The notes below the pieces were generated by a model. That model worked only from the letters and a program-made list of their open reading frames with translations, was not told where the DNA came from and made no database searches. Made by a program: the position numbers and the translations under genes. Shown here in pieces: positions 22,997 through 36,394 of a stretch of 64,000 nucleotides of DNA. The stretch covers positions 56,916,001-56,980,000 of the forward strand of contig NW_025964112.1 in the NCBI RefSeq assembly GCF_023055435.1, written 5' to 3'. This DNA comes from Haliotis rufescens (lineage: Eukaryota). Each line of letters begins with the position of its first letter. The first letter of the stretch is position 1.

Positions 22997-23479
22997 TACA
23001 AACGAAGAAATGACGTCACGTTAAATCGTCTGTGACGTCATGAACAATGGATGACGTCATCTACAATAATTTACGACGATTCCTTGACATCGTTGATCTG
23101 TACCGCTTTACAAACATTGATAGATATTTATTTTGTTTATATATATGATCTTACGATACATGTTTTTTTCCATTGGAAGACAGGCCGCGACCGCGATGTG
23201 TTATAAGCATAAGCGTTTAAACAACACATTTTGAGGCAAACTCAGACCATTTTCCTATAACTCTATGAAGGTTCATACGCCTGTGAACTCACACAAATCG
23301 AAAGTCAATTTTTAAGTCAATGTAACTATTACCAAAAGTTGTAATATTTTCATCGCTAGTCATGTCCATAGCACACTAGAGACGCACAGGTGTGCTACAA
23401 GAACTTGTTGTGGTTATCCAGTCTACAAAGGTAGACCAAGCAAGACACTCGCAGTCACAGAGGAATGACACTCACGTAA

Positions 23480-24545
23480 TATTTCAGCAAAATATTACTT
23501 TAGAAAACGACAAAGCGTTTGACCTAATATGACATGAAAGATTGTTCTGAAGCCCATATCTGTTTGGTATTACAGGTAAAATGTGGAATGGGGGTAAAAT
23601 GTTATCGCATTGGTAAAGGTACCTGTGCGTCATGAAATAGGGTGTTGGGCAAGGTAGTGTTCTCTCCTCGTTTGTTTCTTGTATAGATGATCATAGGTGA
23701 TTTGTTTTCAGGCTTATAACGTTTAACAAAATTGGTCAAATCCAATGTACTTTCTTTTGCCCAGCAGTTTATTATGGTTCATATCTTTAAATATTAGTCT
23801 GCAATGTTTTACTCTGCGTGTTATGAATGTGTAATTTGTTCACGTCGCTATATGGCTGGAACATTGCCAACATGCCTCTAAATATTAACCTCTCACCACC
23901 AACCGGGTGAATTTTTGACAAAAAAACTGAGTTATAGCAGACAGATGTCTCTTTATTTTTCGCTGTTAGGAAGCTCATGATGTGGAAAAAATGGCTACAT
24001 CAAATAAGTACTGGTGGAGGTCAAAAATACTTTCTTTTCAACGTCTATGTTGTACATCCAACTTGAAATTAAACGAAAGGCTTATCCAAGTCCACATCAA
24101 TTGTGTGTAATAAACTATAGAAATGACTAGCCAAAAATGTCAAAAATAATTGGAAAAGCTAGGTATTACCTTGCTCATATATCCACAGTGTAGCGTATGA
24201 AAAAAATACGGATCTGAATACGATAAAGCATTTGACCGAATTTGACAAGAAAGATTGTTCTACAAATCATATCAGCTTGGTATTAGCGGTAACATGTTGA
24301 ATAGGGGTAAAATGGTATCGCATTGGTAAAGTATCGTGGCATAGGTACCTGTGCGTCATGAAGTAGGTTTTGTGTTTGGTAGAGTTCTCTCCTCGTATGT
24401 TTCTTGCATGGGCGGATTTCGAAAAAAATCTTTATTTCTGTATAAATTACCACCAAAGACAATAAATAGATCTTAATTGTGCACCCCCCGCTTTTCAAAA
24501 AAGCTTTATCCGCCCATGTCTTGTATAGATGATCATAGGCGATTC
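23480..24545. repeat. Old local duplication (23480-23700 versus 24215-24545)
   Basis: Shared gaaagattgttct, tatcgcattggtaaag, ggtacctgtgcgtcatgaa and ttgtatagatgatcatagg. Confidence 0.7.
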
Positions 24546-25292
24546 GACAGATAGGTAACATGTGGTATCAGAGTGTATGGGTGAGATGCCAGCTGTCTTG
24601 CTGGCCGTAGCACAACTCTTCCGAATTTATCCCCTAAATGATAAACTAAATTCTTGTTAATGGCCCGCCACTCACAATATACCAAAAGGTAAAACTTAGT
24701 TTTTCTCAAAATCGTCATAGTGTTGTACACAGGTACTCTGTAGATATTAACGAATGACAACCCTTAACTTTTGTCACTTATGGACGGAATAGAACCATGT
24801 TTTTTTCGGAAAGGAAGACAAAACATCAATTCACTACATTTGATAGCCTTGGAGGGAAGCCCATTAGGTCCACAAAATTATCTTTTACCTCAAAAACTCC
24901 TATCTTGACATTCAAGCTGCTATCTTAAAAATATAGTTTCTATCTTCAAAATTAAAGTTCTTATCTGACAAGAGTGTCAGCTCAAAGCAGAATTGGCCGA
25001 AGCCTTGGAAAGTTCATTTGCTGAATTCAGTTTATCTTGAATTTTCAACACAGTATCTTGAGATATCCAAGATAATTTTCCGTAGCCCTGGCCTACACCC
25101 GTGTAGGGTAATGCCAGTGGATGCCAACTAAAGTTTTTGAGAAGATAATGTGACGTGAACTGTAATTTGAATCTAGCCCGTCGATCGGCGGAGATCTGAT
25201 ATCTCTAATTTGCTAACACAACCTCCGTGATTATCGATGTATATGTGTAGAATGTTGTCACTTTTCAACGAAATGTCAACTGAAAATGCATA

Positions 25293-25433
25293 NNNNNNNN
25301 NNNNNNNNNNNNNNNNNNNNNNNNNNNNNNNNNNNNNNNNNNNNNNNNNNNNNNNNNNNNNNNNNNNNNNNNNNNNNNNNNNNNNNNNNNNNNNNNNNNN
25401 NNNNNNNNNNNNNNNNNNNNNNNNNNNNNNNNN
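25293..25433. other. Assembly gap
   Basis: N run. Confidence 1.
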
Positions 25434-26035
25434 CATCTTCAACATCAGATATAAACTGATATAAAGAAGATGTTGGACTAACGTGGACTTTATTATTTTA
25501 TTATATATTACATGTACTCAGAATATAGATCATGATTGAATATTGTGAAATGATTATCAGGAGAAAATTCTCAAAACAATGTTAAAATGACGAAACGTCT
25601 TTACGCCGGATGAAGTCTGTTTCTGTTTGATAATCGAGCATGGTTATTCTCTGGCGTTGACGTTTTAGATTTGACTATGAGAATCATATAATTCTATTTT
25701 GTGACACGCTTGTACAACCAATAAATGTCTTCTTTTCTCCACTTATGGACGTACATGTACTTATTATTGATACATATGTAAGTCTTGAATGAAATTTTAT
25801 TTCAGCATTCGCCCTTATGTCTGCATCTTAACATATTGACAATACATATGGCACAATATTGCCATTAGTTTCGAACGATACTTGCACAGATTACAACCAC
25901 ACATTCAACCTTCAGTGATTTGCAATGACCTACAACAGGTTAATCGATGGCAAACTGCAGCAATGTATTTGTTCGTATGTATATCTGTTTTAAACTATGT
26001 CAAATATTCATCTTATACGGGGAAATATAGATAAA

Positions 26036-26211
26036 CAGTAAACTACGTTTATAACGAACACCCTTATAACGAACTGCCGGATAAAACGAACTGTTTTGGG
26101 GTCCCGCCCCTTTACTTATTATTTGCTGTATATATATGCTTATAACGAACTACGCTTATATCGAATTATGATAAGTGGTCTCTTTGAGTTCGTTATAACC
26201 GTAGTTTATCT
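26036..26211. mobile_element. pogo/Tigger-like MITE
   Basis: TIRs cagtaaaactacgtttataacgaac / gttcgttataaccgtagtttatct; same family as 52383-52559. Confidence 0.7.
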
Positions 26212-26999
26212 TTGGATCATTCTCCATTATCCAGTGCATTATATCTCCATTCTTTTGATAAATACGCTGGACACAATGCCAAGCACAGATTCGTTCTGCA
26301 AGAGAGGTCACCATCTCAACCGATCTTAATTGTGCTGAGAATGCCTCTCGACCGTGTGATTAATTTGATTGGACGGCTATTATTAGGGTCGTGCTACTCG
26401 AAACGAGCTTTGAACTGTAGTAGTACATTGATACAGGGAATTTATCATAAACAAAGTGGATATAATGCAATGGATAGTCGTGAATGTCCCCCGATTAAAT
26501 GATCATCGGTAAGTGTTAATGTCCTTCGTACATTGCTGTTCCCTAAGGTAAGCGTCTAGAAAGGGCGGAGGTGGGGGATATGCGTGCGTGCGTGCGTGCG
26601 TGCTTGCGTGCGGGCGTGTCTGTCGGTACGATAGTCTCAGCGACCAGCACTTCAATGTAAACGATTATAACGTATTTAAATACTAAACGTATGGCCATGT
26701 GTTGAAGGCGACATCGTAAGCTGACCTGGATGTTGTCGACGGGCGAATGGCTGTGAATATCAGGGTCATATTAACCCAAATCTTCTCAGGTATAGCCCGT
26801 GTGTGTGGTACACATCGATGGAGGGGAGTGTAAGGTATTGTTTCACAACACCTGGGACTTCAACATAAATCACAGACAGTCAACCTCTGAGATATCGATA
26901 AAAGACATTGTGTCGAGCTGTCTAAGCAGGGGCTTTGTTTCACAGAGGAACCACTCCTAGAAGAGCGCTGTCTGTAAATATACGATTCACAAAAAGAAA

Positions 27000-27770
27000 A
27001 TGTGCATGGTAAAAAAAATTTCTAAATTTGAAAATATAATAACAATGAAAAGTTTCAATTTAAACTTTAATAGGCGGATTTTATCATCATAAGAAGACGG
27101 TAGAACAGCATGTTTAATGTCCATGACATTGACGTTACGAGTCCAAATGCGGGGCAGGGGTCAAGCAACAATGTCACAAACTCAATAACGGATATGCCCA
27201 CCGTGCGCAATGATAACAGCAGTGCATCGCCGACACTTAGGGTCTATCAAATTTGGCATGGAAGGTTTGTGAAAAGGCTTGCTATATTCTCTGCAACTCT
27301 GCTGCCAAATCACCAACATTATCTGCGGGATTTGGCACTCGGCGGAGACGTCGTTCCATTTCATCCCACGCATAGGGAAGCGATCCGGTGAATTTGCATG
27401 CCAAGTCAGAACTTGGACATAGTGATGTTGAAGAAAAGACATAGCAACCCTAGCCGTTTGAGGAGGGGCATTATCCTTTTGGAATGTCAATCCTTGGCCA
27501 TGACATTGAAGAAGCGGAATTGCCACTGGTGCGACAATCTGATCTCTGTCGCCCACACCTGTCAAATCGCACTGAACAACAACCAAAGGGGTTCTCTGAC
27601 TTGCACTTATCCCACCCCAAATCATCACGGAACCACCCCCCAAAGAGATTCCTCTCCATGATACCGGCACGAGCATAACTCTCCCCATAACGTTCTGTAC
27701 ACACGTTGACGTCCGTCACTCTGGGAAATGTTAAATCTGAGACTCGTCTGTAAAAACAACAGTCCTCCAC
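27000..27770 (-). pseudogene. Tc1-like DDE transposase remnant
   Basis: GGGSVMIWGGIS, FQKDNAPP and LTWHANSPD motifs; FTDES in another frame upstream; frameshifted. Confidence 0.85.
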
Positions 27771-29440
27771 CAGGGGGTGGTTAATTTATATATTTCGGAA
27801 GGTACTTACACCAAGTAATTACTCGATGCAGGCGGGTTTTTTATCCTAAAACAGGCGTTTCCATCAAGTTTGTGTTTCAGTTTTGTTCTAATACTTGCAT
27901 CTAGGCTTTAATTCAAACTAGGCTCTTATTTCTCTACGAATGTAGGTCATACAGGCGGTAATTCAAGGCGGTCGTTTATTGAAGGACTTACGGTATACAT
28001 TAGGTTCACTTATCGACATAACTCACTCATTTAAAAATACCGCTTTTGACAATGTACCATGTCCTGCTTATAACGAACATGAAGTAAAGAAATAAAACTA
28101 TCACGGATTGTTTAAATTTCTCTTTACGTGACAGATATTTGTTTGTTAAATCTTTTCGAATACAAGCATGAGTAAGACAGCAGGCGTTGCCAGTCGCCCT
28201 GAGCAGCTGTGTGGCGATCAATGGCCGGCGCGAAAGCGTCTCTTGCAACTAATACACACTTGATTACTTGCTTTCTCTCCTCACAGTTACAAATAAGATC
28301 CTTAAATTCCTATACAGGGGTATTATGCCGGAGAATACCTCGTGACTGGCGACAGGACAGATGTTCAGTAATCAATATTAACTCTTACTCTTTGGTCGTA
28401 TTTGCAATAACAGGCCTGTCATGATGAATAATTTGCAGTCCGAATTCCTAGAATATTTTGAAATACTAATTTTTTTGAAATACTAATATCACTTACATGA
28501 TTGATCGAAACATTTATTCAAATGAGCATTCGAGTATTATTTTGTGCAGAGATAATGGACTTCACAATGGTTAATCTACCATTGAATTGACAGGCTGTCG
28601 TGGACCAGCGCGAGGGAAACAAAGTTTTTAATGAAGCATAAATGATACTACATTCAGTTTCAGTTATGTTGCTTTTTAACATATAGTTGCATAAATCAGA
28701 GGGCTCGATACAGAGGCGCGTGGATATAACATTATATATTTTTATGTGAATGTAGACAAAAGATTATGGATAAAACATCTTTGTTATACTGTTATAGCAA
28801 CGTTTCGGTGTACATCGCAATTACAGTATAATAAATAAAAGTTGTTTTCTTTAATGTTTTTGTCTACTTTGTCATCCATTAACTTCTATTAAATATATGA
28901 ATCAATTTATTTTTATTTGTCTTGTATGACGGAGAGTGAGTGAGTGAGTAAAGGTTGTTTCTTGTGGTCTAGGCAAACCGGTGGTTGATAGCATGAGCAA
29001 CATGCCGCCTAGATACCACAAGCAATCGAACAGCTGACACATTCCTACAATACTACAACGTGGGCTGTATAAGACCAATGTATGGCTCAAAGCATGTCTC
29101 TATAAATCTTGTGTTATTTTTCATGCGGCCCAGAAGTGAAAATTATGTCTTATTTTGATAAGTGATCCTGAATACAAATCTAACTTTACAGCTGAAAAAA
29201 CAAACTTAATAAAGCCTTTTGAAGAGCCGTCATGCTAAACTACAAATGTTATCTGTGATTGATCTGCCGTCATACAGCTGGAATATTGCTGCGCGCGGCG
29301 TTTAACAAAATTTATGTTCGAAAGACACAACAGAAATTATCGACAAGAGTCAGCTGGCAAGTTGGGCTTCAACAGAAATGTTTCTAGTTGTGTTAACCAC
29401 CATTTCAATACTGAAAGTCACTCCGTCCTTTGCGTGAAAG

Positions 29441-29681
29441 CACCGTGAAGATCCGGGGTAGAATAGATCTTCAGCAACCCATGCTTGTCGTAAGAGGCGA
29501 CTAACGGGATCGGGTCGTCAGGCTCGCTGACTTGGTTGATGCTTGTCAATGATCCCAATTGCGTAGATCGATTATCATGATGTCAATCACTGGATTGTCT
29601 GGTCCAGATTCGATTATTTACATACCGCCGTCATATAGCCGGAATATTGCTGAGTGCGGCGTTAAACAACAAACAAACAAA
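29441..29681 (+). mobile_element. SINE-like family C (non-tRNA structured head, AAAC tail)
   Basis: TSD ctttgcgtgaaag at 29428-29440 and 29682-29694; homologous copies at 49914, 50255 and 51724; degenerate copy at 9795-10035. Confidence 0.85.
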
Positions 29682-29859
29682 CTTTGCGTGAAAGATGGGA
29701 CATGAGAGGAAATATACCATCCCTCTAACAGCCTTAAAGGATTCCAGAAAACATCACTGGCTGTGACTTTTGTGTACAACAATACCATGGGGATTTAATG
29801 ACAAAATAATGGACGTGAGCAGTCTTTCCAACCAACGAACTTCCAACGTCACTGTATTG

Positions 29860-30700
29860 AGTCAGTTTCCCGCATCCCAAAGACGTCGACGCAGCCATAG
29901 TCACAAACGACGGCCAAAATATACCATTGATTTGGGAGATTTATTACCAGTCCTTCAGGAACCAGTGGGACTTCACAAAGTTAGAACAAGACTACGTGTC
30001 GTTGAACGAAATCAAACGACGCCAGGAACGTTTGATAATGAAAGAGTCTATAAACAGCCAGAGCCTACAGTATCGAGTAGAGAGTATAGTTCTTGATACT
30101 AGCTTTGCCGTATAAACGTTTAACTAAACAGGTTCAACAAAATGTTCCTGAATTTGAAATTTGGAAACAAAGGAATTGATGCTTTAAACTTAAGTAACAT
30201 TCTCAAAAAAAAATTATTTCCCCAAAGTGTTCCACAATATTTCAGGAACCACCAAAAGTTCATTTCATAGAGCTTTATATAGTCATGCTATTCTCACCAT
30301 TTCACCCAAGTTGTTCAATTATACGAACGTGTTGCAGAATGTGGATTTGGCTGCCAAGACTCATCATACTGCTACCAACCTGTTGGCCATATAATCACAA
30401 GTGAATCTTTGTTGACAATAACAACCTTCGACCGTTATTCAAATTTGGACCAAAATATCGTGAGTCGTCTCCCTTAAAAATTTGTAAAATCTTAATGGAT
30501 GGTGTCGAAGCATATGCAATAAATGTCTTTCGAAGCGGGTTAACTCAGTGCATGATGTTGTCTTTGGTGGAATGCACAAACTGAAAAAGAGGATACAGAA
30601 TTGGAATAAAGCTATTCTGTCCCCGTAACTGCCAGATGTCACCCAAAGCCTGGCTGCCAAACAAGGCCTCAAATAACTTCATAATTATTTGTAGGCATCA
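29860..30700 (+). pseudogene. Penelope-like retroelement ORF remnant (region N-terminal to the RT core)
   Basis: Fragments across frames: LKFGNKGIDALNLSNIL, TISPKLFNY, YQPVGHIIT, LFKFGPKYRE; stops and frameshifts present; motif recognition from memory. Confidence 0.6.
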
Positions 30701-30819
30701 CTGCATAAAATGTTTGATTAAAATACTTAGTTAAAGTGACATTTTAAATACTGCCACACATGTTAACCGAGGAAGTAAAAAACACGCCTCATTACTATTA
30801 ACTTTTGACTAGACTCTAA

Positions 30820-31492
30820 AACTGACGCTGTAGAGTAACCAATCAGACACTATGTTCTGGGAAGTACGGGCGGCCCGATGCTGTAGAGTAACCATTCAGA
30901 CATGTTCCGGATGCCAAAGCTCTATACACATCCGTACAAAGACAGTTAGTACACCTTCAGCTCAGAATGCCGCGATCTGATTGGTTAACGTGACGTGATA
31001 AAATACGATGTATCTAGCCACCCGTACTACCTGGAACATTGTATCTGATTTGTTCTCTAAATTTTGACACGTTTCTAAGAAGGTGAAGTAAAACGATCAT
31101 AAATGAACAACGCTGTTTCTTTTTTAAAAAAAAACGTCTGATCAGTTATTCTACAGCATGGGGCCACCCGTAGCAGCCGGAACACTGTGTCTGATTGGAA
31201 AATCTTCAGCATTTGGCCACCCGTACTAGCCAGAACACTGTGTCTGACTGGATAATCTACAGCATCTGGCCACCGGTACTACCCAGAAAATTGTGTCTGA
31301 TTGGTTACTCTTCAGCATCGGGTCACCCGAACTACCAAGAACATTGTGTCTGATTGGTTACTCTACAGCATCGGGTCACCTGAACTACCCAGAACATTGT
31401 GTCTGATTGGTTACTCTACAGCATCGGGTCACCCGAACTACCCAGAACATTGTGTCTGATTGGTTACTCTACAGCATGGGGCCACCCGTACC
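30820..31492. repeat. 53-bp repeat array I, with two inverted units at 30820-30905
   Basis: Unit gtgtctgattggttactctacagcatcgggtcacccgaactacccagaacatt. Confidence 0.85.
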
Positions 31493-31599
31493 AATGTATT
31501 ATGTTAGCTTCTTGTCGTCACTTCGTCACGTCGAAGGGCCTGGTTCGATTCACAACATGGGTACATTGTGCTAAGCCCATTTCTGCGCCCCTCATTCTC

Positions 31600-31806
31600 A
31601 CCACTCCACACACCTACCCTCCCCCCCCCCCCCCCCCCCTTCCACACACACACACCTACCCCCTTTCACACACCTACCCTCCCCTTCCACACACCTACCC
31701 CCCCCCCCCCTTCCACACACACATACACCCCCCTACCTACCCCCTTCCACACACACACACGCGCGCGCACGCACGCACGCACGCCCACACACACACACAC
31801 ACACAC
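31600..31806. repeat. C-rich/(CA)n low-complexity tract
   Basis: Seen directly. Confidence 0.9.
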
Positions 31807-32324
31807 TACGTTGACAAGTATACGTGCACTGCGTTTTTCTATGGCAGACAACAATCCGATATGTTCCTATGCTTCCGTATATTCTTATATCGACAGTGAA
31901 ATTATTTTCCAAATTTAATTGCGCACGTAAACACTGCGCGCGCATATGAGTGTGTGAAGATGCTGACACAGAGAAACTAACGTGTTCCTCTGGACAAAAC
32001 ACCGGAGCAAACAGGAATCAAATCGATGGCGAGTTTGTAAAGGTAGCATTTAGTGACAGACCCTTTTGATGAAGACGGTAGCAGATGGCTTTTAACGTGC
32101 ATACATAATGGTTCCGTTTGTGTAGTCGTCTATGTATGCCTAGCATGTCAATTTTAGCCATGCCAATATCCACTCGTCAACAACCGTCAAAGCAAAAGCT
32201 TATTTTCTTGTAGCCGTGCAACCCAATAGGTACCACTGAAATCAATTGGTTGTGTAGTTAAACGCAAATCCTGATTTCATCGCATGCAAAGACGATTTTA
32301 ATTTCATTTGTGATGTCACGTTCT

Positions 32325-32325
<1 letters not shown>

Positions 32326-32374
<49 letters not shown>
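32326..32374. repeat. (TGTC)n microsatellite
   Basis: Seen directly. Confidence 0.95.
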
Positions 32375-32377
<3 letters not shown>

Positions 32378-32419
32378 ACGTGTATGTGCCTGACATTCGT
32401 GTTATTGGAATATATCATA

Positions 32420-33015
32420 TATCTTATTAATTAAGGGGTAAATCCTGTATTTCATTGATCTTTTAAAGAAAGTTCATATTTCAATATTCAAGAGACTGTA
32501 GGTAATGTCTGAGAATATATATAACACATATCCTATATATCAAAGGGGTAAATCCTGTATTTTACTGATCTTTCGGAGAAAGTTCATATTTCAATATTTA
32601 AGAGACTGTAGGTAATGTCTGAGAATATATATAACATATATCCTATATATCAAAGGGGTAAATCCTGTATTTCATATATCTCATATTATAAAGGGGTATA
32701 TATCTTATTAATAAAGGGGTAAATCCTGTATTTCACTGATCTTTCGGAGAAAGTTCATATTGCAATATTTAAGAGACTGTATGTAATGTCTGAGAATATA
32801 TATAACATATATCTTATTAATAAAGGGGTTAATCCTGTATTTAACTGATCTTTCAAAGAAAGTTCATATTGCAATATATGAGACTGTTGGTAATGTTTGA
32901 GAATATATATAATATATATCGCATATATTAAAGGTGTAAATCCTGTATTTCACTGATCGTTCGGAGAAAGTTCATATTGCAATATTTAAGAGACTGCAGG
33001 TAATTTCTGAGAATT
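32420..33015. repeat. ~110-bp tandem repeat, about 5 copies
   Basis: Recurring ggggtaaatcctgtattt...aaagttcatatt...gagactgtaggtaatgtctgagaat. Confidence 0.9.
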
Positions 33016-33139
33016 ACTTATTATTTATCTTATGGATGGCGGACTATTTGTTTAGATAACATTTGTCGTCTAAATCTTGCCACATGTTCTAAGAAGGTAA
33101 AGTAAAACGATCATAAATGAACAACGTTGTTACATTGTT

Positions 33140-34415
33140 TTAAAAATATCTGATCAGTTAATCTACAGCATGGGGTCACCCGTACTAGCCAGAACACTGT
33201 GTCTGATTGGATAATCTGCAGCATCTGGCCACCCGTACTACCTAGAACAGTGTGTCTGATTGGATAATCTACAGCATAGGGCCACCCGTACTACCTAGAA
33301 CACTGTGTCTGATTGGATAATCTACAACACCTGACCACCCGTACTACCTAGAACAGTGTGTCTGATTGGATAATCTACAACACCTGACCACCCGTACTAC
33401 CTAGAACACTGTGTCTGATTGGATAATCTGCAGCATCTGGCCACCCGTACTAACCAGAACATTGTATCTGATTGGATAATCTACAGCATCTGGCCACCCG
33501 TAATACCTAGAACATTGTGTCTGATTGGTTAATCTACAACACCTGACCACCCGTACTACCTAGAACAGTGTGTCTGATTGGATAATCTACAACACCTGAC
33601 CACCCGTACTACCTAGAACAGTGTGTCTGATTGGATAATCTACAACACCTGGCCACCCGTACTACCTAGAACAGTGTGTCTGATTGGATAATCTACAACA
33701 CCTGACCACCCGTACTACCTAGAACAGTGTGTCTGATTGGATAATCTACAACACCTGGCCACCCGTACTACCTAGAACAGTGTGTCTGATTGGATAATCT
33801 ACAACACCTGACCACCCGTACTACCTAGAACAGTGTGTCTGATTGGATAATCTACAACACCTGGCCACCCGTACTACCTAGAACAGTGTGTCTGATTGGA
33901 TAATCTACAGCATCTGGCCACCCGTACTACCTAGAACATGGTGTCTGATTGGATAATCTACAACACCTGACCACCCGTACTACCTAGAACAGTGTGTCTG
34001 ATTGGATAATCTACAACACCTGGCCACCCGTACTACCTAGAACAGTGTGTCTGATTGGATAATCTACAGCATCTTGCCACCCGTACTACCTAGAACAGTG
34101 TGTCTGATTGGATAATCTACAACACCTGGCCACCCGTACTACCTAGAACAGTGTGTCTGATTGGATAATCTACAGCATCTGGCCACCCGTACTACCTAGA
34201 ACATGGTGTCTGATTGGTTAATCTACAACACCTGACCACCCGTACTACCTAGAACAGTGTGTCTGATTGGATAATCTACAACGTCTGGCCACCCGTAGTA
34301 GCCAGAAAACTGTGTCTGATTGGATAATCTACAACACCGACAAGCCGTATTACCTAGAACACTGTGTCTGATTGATTAATCTACAGCAAGGGGCCACCCG
34401 TACTAACCAGAGCAC
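33140..34415. repeat. 53-bp minisatellite array II (about 24 units)
   Basis: gtgtct at 33305 and 33358 gives period 53. Confidence 0.95.
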
Positions 34416-35356
34416 TATCTTATTATATATACATATAAAAGATAGATTTAACATCGTTCTATCATGACGTCATTTCTGGAGATTCGAATATGCGCTCGCA
34501 ACTTCGATGATCCTTGCTGCGTTTTCCAGTAGAAATCCCACTGCAAGTAGCACCTTGAACAAAACTGAAATAATAAGTGTATATGGCTACGTTATATATC
34601 TGTTAGGCTGATAGTTATGATTTTGTTTCTGTTATCAGACAAACTGTGGTTTGAACAATTTGAGTAATACTTGCTTTGGCTGCCCGATCCTGGGCAGACT
34701 TTAAAGACCCTATGAACATGTGCGTCAGCACCCACCCCACCCCGTGTTCAACGGTCGGGACACCTACATTTCAAATATACGAGCTTGAACTGTAGGCATT
34801 CACAGACGACTACAGTTGTGGCAACACTTTAATAGCTTATCAATATGCAGTTCTCTTTCTCTGTTATTGACCTGCGAGATATTAGAAGTCGTGCGAACAT
34901 GCATATTAATACACTTGATTAATAAATATTTGATCTGACATTCACGCCAAACTTCGAGTCCATATCCACCACTGTATATAATGTTATACGACACGTATCT
35001 GTTTGGGTGCACCTGTACTAATGATGATGAGTCCCTTTCCATCATATTGAAGAGAGAGTGTTCAGTCCGCTTATCCGGACGATTCCTATTGAATTCGTCC
35101 GGATAAACGAGTCATAGATATTGGAGTATTGCTGCTTCATATATATGTAGGCATTCAAAATGGTGGTAGACGTCCGATCCGGTATGTGGAGGTGCCGTTT
35201 TAACGAGGCTTCAATTGAACACCTGGTGTCATCACAGTGATCCATTCATATAATTTCCTATAAACCCTTCGTGTTTTTAGGCCCATAATACATTAAATAT
35301 ACATTCGAAAGGGAAACATATATAGATATTCCATGATATTCCCTAATTTTAACTTT

Positions 35357-35422
35357 GAGTGAGTGAGTGAGTGAGTGAGTGAGTGAGTGAGTGAGTGAGT
35401 GAGTGAGTGAGTGAGTGAGTGA
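35357..35422. repeat. (GAGT)n microsatellite
   Basis: Seen directly; same motif as SINE tails. Confidence 0.95.
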
Positions 35423-36394
35423 GCGAAACTACTGTTTGAATCTACACTCACTTTCATATACCGAACAAAGATTAATGTAGCATTAGTTAGGGTATATGTT
35501 GATTAAAAGCAATTCGAATGTTCTGTACACATATTGTTTGGGACATTAAAGGAAACAAGTGCAGACATTTGTTAGGTCTATGATACAACTCCATGTTCGG
35601 GATTTGTGACAGTCTTACGTTACCTTACGTTATAATAGTGAAACAATCCACGGATATTTTGGGGCACAGCATAGTTTTCATTCAATTTGTTATCTCCGTG
35701 CTTTCATTCGATTTGACAAGTGTCACGGCCAATCCAAGTCAAGTCAATACATCAAATTGATATATATCATCGCAATCGTTGTCAGGAAGATTACTATAAG
35801 AATTACCCTTGGCAGATCTTAAATTAATCACTTTTGACACGATGTGGACACTATCCCAAAAGTGGAAATGCAAGCTTCAGATCTTTGGAACTACAATCGT
35901 GTTATTTTTGCTAGTTTGTATTTATGCCCATGTGGCAATAATCATCATTGACGCTGCATTGGAACCAGGGCAGGAGACTGGCTACGCCATAGAAACATGG
36001 AGACTTTGAGCTCTGAAACCAGGCTCCAGGATCATGAAACTAACTTAAGACCCTATTTTGACTTAACTCATAAGATAGCACGGTCAAAATGTGAGCTAAG
36101 ACCACTTTCATGATCCCGGGGCATGTCGGCATGTGTCACTGAGGAAGGGCAGGTAGATTTACTACTCCTTACTTTGGGATTTGAATTTACTAAGAATGCC
36201 ACGTTTAGTGATCGACTTACACATACATGGATACATAGGAATCACATACGTGTACAAAACGTAGTGCACACATGTCCGTGCTACGTGCAAGAGGGTAGTA
36301 TTATATTAAGATTAGCACCATAATACAGGTAAGAATAATCTACACAAGTATATGGTCGGTTCAAACTCGCAACGATGTATCCTCACCTAAGTAT

